Origin: an uncultured delta proteobacterium
GTDB taxonomy: Bacteria; Desulfobacterota; Binatia; Binatales; Binataceae
Length of the DNA stretch: 64,000 nt
Assembly (NCBI GenBank): GCA_963765675.1
Contig: CAVXXK010000001.1
Coordinates: forward strand, 1,280,001 to 1,344,000
Reading direction: 5' to 3'
This document shows, piece by piece, positions 50,136-58,384 of the stretch. Every line of letters starts with the position of its first letter. The stretch's first letter is position 1. Position numbers and translations under genes: made by a program. A model generated the notes under the pieces. That model was not told the origin of the DNA, made no database searches, and saw only the letters and a list, made by a program, of their open reading frames with translations.

Positions 50136-50187
50136 ATATTGACGCTCTGAAAAAACAAAAAACCAGTGCAAGGAAAGGAGAAGCGAA

Positions 50188-50664
50188 ATGCCTGCAACAG
50201 CAAGTAAAGCCACCACGGTTCCCGCGGAACGCGAGCTGGTTATCACCCGCATCTTCGATGCGCCGCGCAAAATGGTTTACAACGCGTGGGCCGATCCCGA
50301 GCAGGCGGTCAAATGGCTCGGTCCAAAAGGATTCACCGGCAAGATCGAAAAAATGGACGCGCGTCCGGGCGGCTCGTATCGCTTCTACATGCGCGATTCC
50401 CAGGGTGGCGATCATTGGCAGCAGGGCGTCTTTCGCGAAATTGTCGAATTCGAGCGAATCGTACAGACCTACGCGTGGGCCGATGCCGCCGGAAATCCGA
50501 CAGGCCCTGAAACCTTGCTGACCGTCACCTTCGAGGACCACGGTGCAAAGACCAAGCTGACTCTGCATCAGGCGGTGTTCGAGTCGGTTACCGCGCGCGA
50601 CATGCATCGCGGAGGATGGACCAGTGCGCTCGATCGCCTGGAAGAACTCTTGGCGCAGGCGTGA
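50188..50664 (+). CDS. SRPBCC/AHSA1 protein, copy 2
   Basis: ELVITRIFDAPR, DARPGGSYRF, GGWTSALDRL. Confidence 0.93.
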   Translation: MPATASKATTVPAERELVITRIFDAPRKMVYNAWADPEQAVKWLGPKGFTGKIEKMDARPGGSYRFYMRDSQGGDHWQQGVFREIVEFERIVQTYAWADAAGNPTGPETLLTVTFEDHGAKTKLTLHQAVFESVTARDMHRGGWTSALDRLEELLAQA

Positions 50665-50679
50665 TCGAGGAGATGTACC

Positions 50680-51153
50680 ATGGCCCTGGAAAATCGCGTC
50701 GCTGCAGAATCATCCGAACGGACGCTCCTGATCACGCGCATCTTCGATGCGCCGCGCAGTCTCGTCTTCAAAGCCTGGACCGAGCCCGGGCATCTGGCGC
50801 GCTGGTGGGGCCCGCGCGGTTACACCACATCTGTCAGCGAAATGGATCTCCGCCCGGGCGGCGCGTATCGCTTTCGAATGCAATCGCCCGAGGGCGTCGT
50901 CCATTGGTGGTATGGCACCATTCGCGAAGTCGTCGAGCCTGAGCGGATTGTCTGGAGCTGCAGGCTGGACGATAAGGACGGCAAACTTGTTTACGCCGAA
51001 ACCCTGTTGACCGTCACCTTCGAGGACCAAGGTGCAAAAACCAAGCTGACTCTTCATCAGGGGGTGTTCCAAACCGTCTCTTCGCGCGACGGGCATCGCG
51101 CTGGCTGGAACAGCGCGCTCGATCGTCTGAAAGAGGTTTTGGCGCAGGCGTGA
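50680..51153 (+). CDS. SRPBCC/AHSA1 protein, copy 3
   Basis: ITRIFDAPRSLVFKAWTEP, DLRPGGAYRF, GWNSALDRL. Confidence 0.93.
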   Translation: MALENRVAAESSERTLLITRIFDAPRSLVFKAWTEPGHLARWWGPRGYTTSVSEMDLRPGGAYRFRMQSPEGVVHWWYGTIREVVEPERIVWSCRLDDKDGKLVYAETLLTVTFEDQGAKTKLTLHQGVFQTVSSRDGHRAGWNSALDRLKEVLAQA

Positions 51154-51168
51154 TCGGAGAGATATCTG

Positions 51169-51639
51169 ATGGCCACGGAAAATCGTATCGCCAGGGAATC
51201 ATCGGAAAGGACGCTCAATATCACGCGCATTTTCGATGCGCCGCGCGGTCTCGTCTTCAAAGCCTGGACCGAGCGCGAGCACCGGATGCGGTGGTGGGGC
51301 CCGCGCGGGTTCACCGTGACCTTCTGCGAGATGGATCTGCGGCCCGGCGGCGCTTGGCGTATTTCGATGCGCTCGCCGGAGGGTCGTGAGGATCGGCAAC
51401 GCGGAATTTTTCGCGAAATTATGCCACCAGAGCGGCTGGTCTTCACCTACGCCTTTGAAGACGCCGCCGGCATCGTCGGTCACGAGACTCTGGTGACGGT
51501 GGCCTTCGCCGAGCATGAAGGCAAAACGAAACTGACCGTGAACCATGCGATATTCGAGACGGTCGCAGTCCGCGACGACCACGTGCGCGGATGGGGCGAG
51601 GCGCTGGATCGCCTGGCGGCATACGCGACAACGGCATGA
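51169..51639 (+). CDS. SRPBCC/AHSA1 protein, copy 4
   Basis: ITRIFDAPRGLVFKAWT, DLRPGGAW, GWGEALDRL. Confidence 0.93.
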   Translation: MATENRIARESSERTLNITRIFDAPRGLVFKAWTEREHRMRWWGPRGFTVTFCEMDLRPGGAWRISMRSPEGREDRQRGIFREIMPPERLVFTYAFEDAAGIVGHETLVTVAFAEHEGKTKLTVNHAIFETVAVRDDHVRGWGEALDRLAAYATTA

Positions 51640-51686
51640 AGGAATCAACTCAACGCAAACGAGATCGGTAAAAAGGAGATCGGACG

Positions 51687-52421
51687 ATGAATCAGCATCC
51701 AACCGTGTCCCAGGAACAGTGGATCGCCGCGCGCAAGGAGCTCCTGAATAAGGAGAAAGAGCTCGCGAATCTGCAGGATGAAGTGAGCCGGCAGCGTCGC
51801 GAGCTGCCATGGGTGAAGGTCGAGAAAGAATACATTTTCGAGACGCCAGAGGGCAGGAAAACTCTCTCCGAACTGTTCAACGGCAATAGCCAGTTAGTGG
51901 TCTATCATTTCATGTTCGGTCCGGGCTGGAAGGCCGGGTGCGTGGGTTGTTCGTTCTTTTCCGATCATGTCGATGGCGCCAACCAGCATCTGGCTCATCA
52001 CGATGTGACCTTCACCGCGGTTTCGCGTGCGCCGCTCGCTGAAATCGAAGCCTACAAAAAACGCATGGGCTGGCGCTTTAACTGGGTGTCGTCGAGCGAA
52101 AGCGACTTCAACTACGATTTCCATGTGTCGTTCAGAAAAGATGCGATCGCGGCCGGCGAGGTCTACTACAACTACGAGATGCTCAAGACCACGATGGAGG
52201 ATCTGCACGGTACGAGTGTGTTCTTCAAGGACGACAGCGGGGCAGTTTTTCATACCTATTCCTCCTATGCGCGCGGTGACGAGCGCGGACTCGGCACTTA
52301 CATGTTCCTCGATCTCACGCCAAAGGGTCGCGATGAGACCGGCCCCAACTTCAACCTGACGGACTGGGTGCGCCGCCACGACGAGTACGGCGATGGTAAA
52401 TCTTCGGAGGACCGCCATTGA
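51687..52421 (+). CDS. DUF899 thioredoxin-like protein
   Basis: RRELPWVKVEKEY, QLVVYHFMF, GCVGCS, VSRAP, DLTPKGR, WVRRHDEY. Confidence 0.9.
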   Translation: MNQHPTVSQEQWIAARKELLNKEKELANLQDEVSRQRRELPWVKVEKEYIFETPEGRKTLSELFNGNSQLVVYHFMFGPGWKAGCVGCSFFSDHVDGANQHLAHHDVTFTAVSRAPLAEIEAYKKRMGWRFNWVSSSESDFNYDFHVSFRKDAIAAGEVYYNYEMLKTTMEDLHGTSVFFKDDSGAVFHTYSSYARGDERGLGTYMFLDLTPKGRDETGPNFNLTDWVRRHDEYGDGKSSEDRH

Positions 52422-52702
52422 GCGTTCATTGTTGCTGCGGGGCCGATTCGGTTGATCCGGCGCGCGAGCCGATCGCCGAATCGGCCACCTTCGTCAGGCG
52501 ATGCCGCGATTTAGCCGGATGGATCGTCCCGGCCGCCGGTCTGGCATTGTTGCCGAAGTGTCCCGTATGTATCGCGGCTTATGTTGCGCTTGGCACGGGC
52601 GTCGGAATTTCGATCCCGGCCGCGGCGCGTCTGAGGACGCTGCTTGTGATCATATGCGTCGGCGTCGCTGTCGTATCTGATAGCCAGGAAGATCTGCAGT
52701 AG
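52418..52702 (+). CDS. Small membrane protein with PKCPxC motif (3' end possibly frameshifted)
   Basis: HCCC N-terminus, LLPKCPVCIAAY, two hydrophobic segments; overlaps the DUF899 stop. Confidence 0.7.
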   Translation: MSVHCCCGADSVDPAREPIAESATFVRRCRDLAGWIVPAAGLALLPKCPVCIAAYVALGTGVGISIPAAARLRTLLVIICVGVAVVSDSQEDLQ

Positions 52703-52731
52703 GACTGGGAGCAACGTTAGGAGAATGACAC

Positions 52732-52986
52732 ATGCGTAGTCGTCATTACCTGGGCAATCGTTTCGAGGTCTGGAACGGCGAGCGCGCATGGTACTGGCTC
52801 GTCTATAGCCCAAATCGCGGAATCGGTTCGATTGGCGTCGCGGCGACGGAAGCGGATGCCGTCGGCGAGGCGTATGCAGCAATCGAGGAAATCTCGGCGG
52901 TGGAAAACGCGCCGATTCCCGATTGGATGGCGTCACTTCAGAACCTCGAGCGGTATCTCGCTTGCGCAAATCACGTGAGCGCGTGA
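52732..52986 (+). CDS. Hypothetical protein
   Basis: AGGAG RBS; compact ORF within the operon. Confidence 0.55.
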   Translation: MRSRHYLGNRFEVWNGERAWYWLVYSPNRGIGSIGVAATEADAVGEAYAAIEEISAVENAPIPDWMASLQNLERYLACANHVSA

Positions 52987-53018
52987 GGATACATACTCTT
53001 TTGAAGGGGAACTCAATC

Positions 53019-53908
53019 ATGGAAAAGGTGCTGGAATATTTCAGAACCTTCGGACCGATGACCACTCCGGGTCCGCAGGGCGCCGAGTTGCACGCGCTGC
53101 CCGACGACCTCGGGGCGCTGTGCGAGGTCGTGCAGGGCGTGCTAATACATCGCGACCTGGCGCCCTTCGCCTATGGCCTCAAGCTTTCGCCCGAGCGATA
53201 CGACGAAGGCAATCAGCGCTCGACCTCTGCGATGCTGGCGCGGATCGCGGCGCTCGACGATCGTCCGCTGACGCAGGCACGCGAGCCGCGCGCACGGATG
53301 GCGGTGGTCTGCCGGCATTTCGCCGTGATGCTGTCCGCGATGCTCCGCGAAAAAGGAATTCCGGCGCGTGCACGATGCGGCTTTGGCGGATACTTCACGC
53401 CCGGCAAGTTCGAGGATCATTGGGTATGCGAATACTGGAATGCTGAGCAGGCGCGATGGATTCTCGTTGACGCGCAACTCGACGCGATCCAGCGCAAAAC
53501 TTTCAGAATCGGGTTCGATACCCATGACGTGCCGCGCGACGGCTTTCGTGATCGCGGGCGACGCGTGGCAGATGTGCCGCTCCGGCCGCGCCGACCCTGC
53601 TCGCTTCGGCCTCACCTTCATCAACGAAAGCGGGCTGTGGTTTATCGCGCAAAACCTGTTGCGCGATCTCGCATCGCTCAACCGCATGGAGATGCTGCCC
53701 TGGGACGTCTGGGGCTCGATGCGCGAACCCGAAGTTCCGTTGAGTGACGACGATCTGTCCCTGTACGATCAGGCCGCGGCTCTCACGATGGGCGGTGACG
53801 CAAAGTTCCCGGAACTTCGCGAGATCTACGAATCCGACGATCGCGTGCGCGTGCCGGAGGTTGATTTTCAACGCGTCACGCAAAGTTCGCGAACCCGTTT
53901 TCAGTTAA
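53019..53908 (+). pseudogene. Transglutaminase-like protein with two +1 frameshifts (near 53545 and 53862); probably intact in vivo
   Basis: VCRHFAV, ARARCGFGGYF, DHWVCEYW, WILVD; continues FVIAGDAWQMCR...LPWDVWG in the next frame. Confidence 0.8.
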
Positions 53909-53912
53909 TTCC

Positions 53913-54011
53913 ACCGGCCACAAAGACACCAAGACACAAAGAAAAACGAGCGGGTCTTTCCTCCTGGAAAGGCCTGCTTCTTCTTCGTGCCTTCGTGTCT
54001 TGGTGGCCGGT
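53913..54011. repeat. Palindromic repeat, copy 2 (GCCACAAAGACACCAAGACAC arms)
   Basis: Same arms as 42508-42611 with a different inner hairpin. Confidence 0.8.
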
Positions 54012-54061
54012 TGGTTGGCCGCTTCTGTGAGGCTTGCGGGGCAGGTAATATCGATCTGCCC

Positions 54062-54682
54062 ATGATCGCAATCGTCGACTACCGCGCCGGAAATTTGACC
54101 AGCGTCAAACGTGCGCTCGAGTTTCTCGGCCATCGATGCGAGATCACCGACGACGCGGATAAAATTCGCAACGCCGAGCGCGTGATTCTGCCCGGGGTCG
54201 GCGCCGCGGGCGCCACGATGGAAAATCTGCGCGCGCTCGGGCTCGCCGACGTGCTCCGGCGCGATGTCGCGGCGGCGGGCAAGCCGTTTCTCGGTATCTG
54301 TATCGGAATCCAGGTGCTGTTCGACCGCAGCGAAGAGGACAGCGCCGATTGCCTGGGAGTTATCGCGGGCCATGTGACCCGTTACCCCGCGTCGATCGAT
54401 GGGAGAGCGCTCAAGGTTCCGCAAATCGGATGGAACCGCGTGCGGCAGACGCGGGCGCATCCGATTTTCGCCGGCGTGCCCGACAATACTCATTTCTACT
54501 TCGTGAATTCCTATTATCCAGTTCCCGCGGATCCTGCCGTCGTGATCGCCGAGTCGGACTACGGCGTGCAATTCGTCGCCGCGGTCGCGAGCGGCCATGT
54601 GATCGCGACGCAGTTCCATCTCGAAAAAAGCGGTACTGCCGGCCTCAAGCTGCTCGACAACTTCTGCCGACTCGAATTCTGA
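54062..54682 (+). CDS. hisH: Imidazole glycerol phosphate synthase glutaminase subunit
   Basis: [33 protein letters not shown]. Confidence 0.95.
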   Translation: MIAIVDYRAGNLTSVKRALEFLGHRCEITDDADKIRNAERVILPGVGAAGATMENLRALGLADVLRRDVAAAGKPFLGICIGIQVLFDRSEEDSADCLGVIAGHVTRYPASIDGRALKVPQIGWNRVRQTRAHPIFAGVPDNTHFYFVNSYYPVPADPAVVIAESDYGVQFVAAVASGHVIATQFHLEKSGTAGLKLLDNFCRLEF

Positions 54683-55482
54683 TGCTCGCCAAACGAATCA
54701 TCCCGTGCCTCGACGTCCGCAACGGCTTGGTGACCAAAGGCGTCAAGTTCGCCGGCAACGCTGATATCGGCGATCCAGTCGCGATGGCGCGCCATTACTA
54801 CGAGCAGGGCGCCGACGAGCTCGTGTTCTATGACATCACGGCGTCGAATGAGCGGCGCGGGATCATGCTCGAAGTCGTAAGCCGCGTCGCGCGCGAGATC
54901 TTCATTCCGTTCAGCGTCGGCGGCGGATTGCGTACGCTCGAGGACATGCGCGCCGTGTTGCTGGCCGGAGCCGAGAAAGTCTCGATCGATTCCGGCGCGG
55001 TGCGCGACCCGAAAATTATTTCCGAGGGCGCGCGCGCATTCGGCAGCCAGTGTATCGTCCTCTCGATGCAGGTGCAGAAGACGGGAGTGCGCCCCGGTCT
55101 CGAATCGGGTTACGAAGTTGTGATCGACGGCGGCCGCGTCTTCACCGGTCGCGACGCGATCGCGTGGGCCCACGAGGGAGTGCGGCTCGGGGCGGGCGAG
55201 CTGGTGATCAACTCCATCGATCGCGACGGCACCAAGGCCGGCTATGATCTCGAAATCACCCGGCGCATCAGCGAGTCGGTCTCGATTCCTGTTGTCGCTT
55301 CGGGCGGCGCCGGCGCGCCCGAGCATTTGCGCGACGCGTTCATCGCCGGCGCGGCCGACGCCGCGATCGTCGCGTCCATCGTGCACTACGGCGAGTATCC
55401 GATTCCCGAGCTCAAGCGCTATCTTAAGGGCGCAGGCGTCGAGGTCCGCGACGCGATCCAATTGGAGGTTGGCGCTCGATGA
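54682..55482 (+). CDS. hisF: Imidazole glycerol phosphate synthase cyclase subunit
   Basis: [37 protein letters not shown]. Confidence 0.96.
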   Translation: MLAKRIIPCLDVRNGLVTKGVKFAGNADIGDPVAMARHYYEQGADELVFYDITASNERRGIMLEVVSRVAREIFIPFSVGGGLRTLEDMRAVLLAGAEKVSIDSGAVRDPKIISEGARAFGSQCIVLSMQVQKTGVRPGLESGYEVVIDGGRVFTGRDAIAWAHEGVRLGAGELVINSIDRDGTKAGYDLEITRRISESVSIPVVASGGAGAPEHLRDAFIAGAADAAIVASIVHYGEYPIPELKRYLKGAGVEVRDAIQLEVGAR

Positions 55483-55892
55483 GGCTCGCGATCGTTGTTT
55501 CAGATTTCAACTACGATGTCACCGCGCTGATGCTCGAGCGGGCCGAACGCCACGCCGCACATCACGGCGCGCAGGTCGCGACGGTGGTGCACGTGCCGGG
55601 CGTGTTCGACATGGGTCCCGCGATCAAAAAGCTCATCCGGCGCAAGGATATCGACGCGATCGTGCTGCTTGGCGCGGTGATCAAGGGCGAGACCCAGCAC
55701 GATGAAGTCATCACGCACGCGACGGCCGACGCGGCGCTCCGGCTCGCGATCAAGCATGAGAAGCCGGTGGGTCTCGGAATCACCGGTCCGGGAATGACTC
55801 ATGAACAGGCGATGGAGCGGCTCGACAACGCCAAGAATGCGGTGGAAGCCGTGGTGCGGATGCTGAAAACGCTCAAAGAGATAGACGCGTAG
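55479..55892 (+). CDS. ribH: 6,7-dimethyl-8-ribityllumazine synthase, archaeal type
   Basis: [43 protein letters not shown]. Confidence 0.9.
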   Translation: MRLAIVVSDFNYDVTALMLERAERHAAHHGAQVATVVHVPGVFDMGPAIKKLIRRKDIDAIVLLGAVIKGETQHDEVITHATADAALRLAIKHEKPVGLGITGPGMTHEQAMERLDNAKNAVEAVVRMLKTLKEIDA

Positions 55893-55906
55893 CCGGAGGC
55901 TACGCG
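55886..55906. terminator. 9-bp hairpin at the ribH stop
   Basis: CGCGTAGCC-gga-GGCTACGCG; no U tract. Confidence 0.4.
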
Positions 55907-55988
55907 ATCGCTTGTTGAGAAAGTGTGCGCGCGCGCGTTGAGACGCCGGTCTCAACTTTCTATACTCGGCTCTCGGTTGGCGGTGAAG

Positions 55989-56810
55989 ATGGAAGAGGCG
56001 GTAGGGCGGGGAGCAACATTCTCGACGCGAACGGCTGCGAGAATTCTCGCGGTCTCCCCGGAAAGAATTCGCTACTGGGTCAGGCGGCAGTTGGTTAATC
56101 CAACCGCGACGCAGGGCCGCAACTATCGCTTCGCATTCAACGACCTGCTCGTGATGCGCCTGACCAAAGAGCTCCTCAGCGCGCGGCGCCATCTGGAGCC
56201 GATGCAGCGATGCCTCGCGCGGGTGCGCGAGCTGGTCGATCCCGCGCGTTCCGTCACCTCGCTCAAGCTCGTCAACGACGAGGGCCGGATCGTGGTCAGC
56301 GAAGGCGGGATAATGATCGAGGCGGAGAGCGGACAACTGCTGCTCGATTTTCGCGTCGAGCGGCCGACTGGAAAGATCGAAGAGGGCTTTGGTCCGGCAC
56401 GCGTGCGCGAGCGCTTTGAAGAGGCGCGACGCATAGCAGAGCAGGATCCGCTGAAGGCGCTGACGATCTACAGCGAGCTGGTTGGCCGCGAGCCCGGTAA
56501 CTTCGAAGCGCACATGCGCCTCGCCACGCTGCTCGAACGCGAGGGCGATTTACACGGCGCGCTGCGCCATCTGCTCGGCGCGGCCGCGATCATGCCTGCC
56601 AGCGCCGAGGTTCATCTGCGTCTGGGCGTCCTGTATCGCAAGAAAGAAGAAACCCAACACGCGCTGCGCAGTTTTCTGCGCGCGGTCGATTGCGACCCCA
56701 CCAACGTCGAAGCCCATCGCAACGTCGCCGAACTGTTCGAAGCCCAAGGCCGCAAGCGCGACGCCCAAAAGCACCTGAGCGCGATCCATCGCCTAATCAA
56801 GGGCGATTAG
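55989..56810 (+). CDS. MerR-type HTH plus TPR protein
   Basis: FSTRTAARILAVSPERIRYW...RFAFNDL; ESGQLLLDF; TPR helices. Confidence 0.8.
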   Translation: MEEAVGRGATFSTRTAARILAVSPERIRYWVRRQLVNPTATQGRNYRFAFNDLLVMRLTKELLSARRHLEPMQRCLARVRELVDPARSVTSLKLVNDEGRIVVSEGGIMIEAESGQLLLDFRVERPTGKIEEGFGPARVRERFEEARRIAEQDPLKALTIYSELVGREPGNFEAHMRLATLLEREGDLHGALRHLLGAAAIMPASAEVHLRLGVLYRKKEETQHALRSFLRAVDCDPTNVEAHRNVAELFEAQGRKRDAQKHLSAIHRLIKGD

Positions 56811-57109
56811 CCCACAAACCAACGCGTCCATCCGTTGATGCGAGTTACCAGGCGTCCGCGATTAAGCTGGTAGATTCGAGTGCGCCCAACCTGGCGGACG
56901 GTGACGATCTCCGAGCGAACGAGCGTCGCGAGATGTCGTGTAACGGTCGGCCATCGGCACGAAAACCGATCGGCGATTTCGCCCGCCGTCATCGCACCGC
57001 CGCGAAAGTTCAGAACCAACAGGATTTCGCGGCGGGTGGGATGCGCAAGCGCTGCGAACATCGCCTGCTCGACATTGCGTTCCGCGACGGACGCCGCTCG
57101 GCGCTTCAA
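56807..57109 (-). CDS. ArsR-family regulator
   Basis: FAALAHPTRREIL, MTAGEIADRF, VTRHLATL; TTG overlaps the upstream TGA. Confidence 0.88.
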   Translation of the reverse strand: MKRRAASVAERNVEQAMFAALAHPTRREILLVLNFRGGAMTAGEIADRFSCRWPTVTRHLATLVRSEIVTVRQVGRTRIYQLNRGRLVTRINGWTRWFVG

Positions 57110-57435
57110 CCTGAGACCGGCTCGAAGTGCGGAAATTCCATCGCTGGCCGCCCATCGCGCGACTCGCAAAGTTTTTCCATCGGCTCCCAGATGGCCAAAA
57201 CTTCCGGCATGGTGTGAGCGGTCTGGAACGCACGCGGTTTCCAGGCGAACACCTCCACGAAATCACTACGACGGTCCTTTCCGAGCCCGCGCAGCATCAG
57301 CCGGGGTGTAGCCGTAACCAGACCGAGCCGTTTGAGTGTCGGCCAATGAAGTGTGAGCAGGCGACGGAAGGCAGTCTCTTTGCCGGGTTTGACCCGATAA
57401 GTACACACAACCACTTGCGGTTTTGACGGTGCCAT
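57106..57435 (-). CDS. ABM-like dimeric alpha/beta-barrel protein
   Basis: YRVKPGKETAF, FVEVFAWK, AH; GGAGG RBS. Confidence 0.7.
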   Translation of the reverse strand: MAPSKPQVVVCTYRVKPGKETAFRRLLTLHWPTLKRLGLVTATPRLMLRGLGKDRRSDFVEVFAWKPRAFQTAHTMPEVLAIWEPMEKLCESRDGRPAMEFPHFEPVSG

Positions 57436-57472
57436 GGAACCTCCCCAGCTGACAAATCTAGAGACATGAAAC

Positions 57473-57500
57473 TATTTAGCGGCAAAGCTAAGTAATGTCC
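57473..57500 (-). promoter_or_regulatory. Promoter with ArsR-type operator
   Basis: Minus strand TGGACA-17 bp-TAAATA; palindrome TATTTAGC-N6-GCTAAGTA at 57473-57494. Confidence 0.65.
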
Positions 57501-57688
57501 AACCGAAGAGTCGAAGTTGCTACGCTACCGAGTCACCGAAGACGTGCTGAGGCTCGGGACCGGGCCATCACCGCAACTCACCAATCCCAGCGGATCGCGA
57601 ATTGAGAATCCACGCAAAGCGACTTCCGTCTTTACGCGGCGGACGCACCTTGAATCGGCGCGATCGTGGGCGATAAGCTCGGATTACG

Positions 57689-58030
57689 ATGCCCACGCGG
57701 GACACCCTCAAACGAATCGATATTTTGCGCCACGAGCTCAAGGCGCTGCGCTTTATTCTGGATAATTTTCATGCCGGCAAGCTCAGCGCCGATGCGCTGC
57801 CGCCGCGCGAGGACTTTCAGTCCGAGCAGGCTCGTGTGCTCTACGATGAAATTGTCGGGGCGCCCTCGCGTGCGGCGGCTGAAGCGAAGATTGCGGAGCT
57901 CGAGCTGACGGACGTCGATATCGATTCATTCCTTCATCTTACCGGCGAGCATTACTACACTTACCCCGCGCTGGTGCGCGAGCGGGCGGCGGCGATCGCG
58001 GCGGGCACAATCCGGATCGAAGACGCTTGA
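57689..58030 (+). CDS. Hypothetical helical protein
   Basis: Typical codon usage; coupled to the next ORF. Confidence 0.7.
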   Translation: MPTRDTLKRIDILRHELKALRFILDNFHAGKLSADALPPREDFQSEQARVLYDEIVGAPSRAAAEAKIAELELTDVDIDSFLHLTGEHYYTYPALVRERAAAIAAGTIRIEDA

Positions 58031-58377
58031 GTGCGCGTCGCGAATTGCATTTTCTGCTCGATAGCCACGGTGCTCTGATCGCGTTCCAGACCACCGGCGC
58101 GTCGTGGGCCGCGGTGCTCGCGTTCACCTCCGAACCGCGCGCCCGCGAATTCGTCCGCCAGAGCAATCTCGACGCTGCCGAGATCGCCGCGATCGATTCT
58201 GCCGATGCCGCCGCCGTCGCGGAGCTGGTGCGAAACGTCAAGCGCCGCGCCATCCGGAATCTCCTGCTCGATCTCGATTACGCGTCCGGCAAATGCCTCG
58301 CGATCGAATTCGAGGGAGACGCGCTGGGTATCGCGCGCGACTATCAGATAACCGCTCCCGCTAAAGCTTCGCATTGA
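58027..58377 (+). CDS. Hypothetical protein (weak SseB N-terminal resemblance)
   Basis: AVLAFTSEPRAREF; TTGA overlap. Confidence 0.65.
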   Translation: MSARRELHFLLDSHGALIAFQTTGASWAAVLAFTSEPRAREFVRQSNLDAAEIAAIDSADAAAVAELVRNVKRRAIRNLLLDLDYASGKCLAIEFEGDALGIARDYQITAPAKASH

Positions 58378-58384
58378 TATCCAG

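Noticed and set aside
49662-51639. SRPBCC repeats as CRISPR or DGR template/variable repeats
   Set aside because: They are full coding paralogues; differences are not adenine-specific and no RT or cas genes are present
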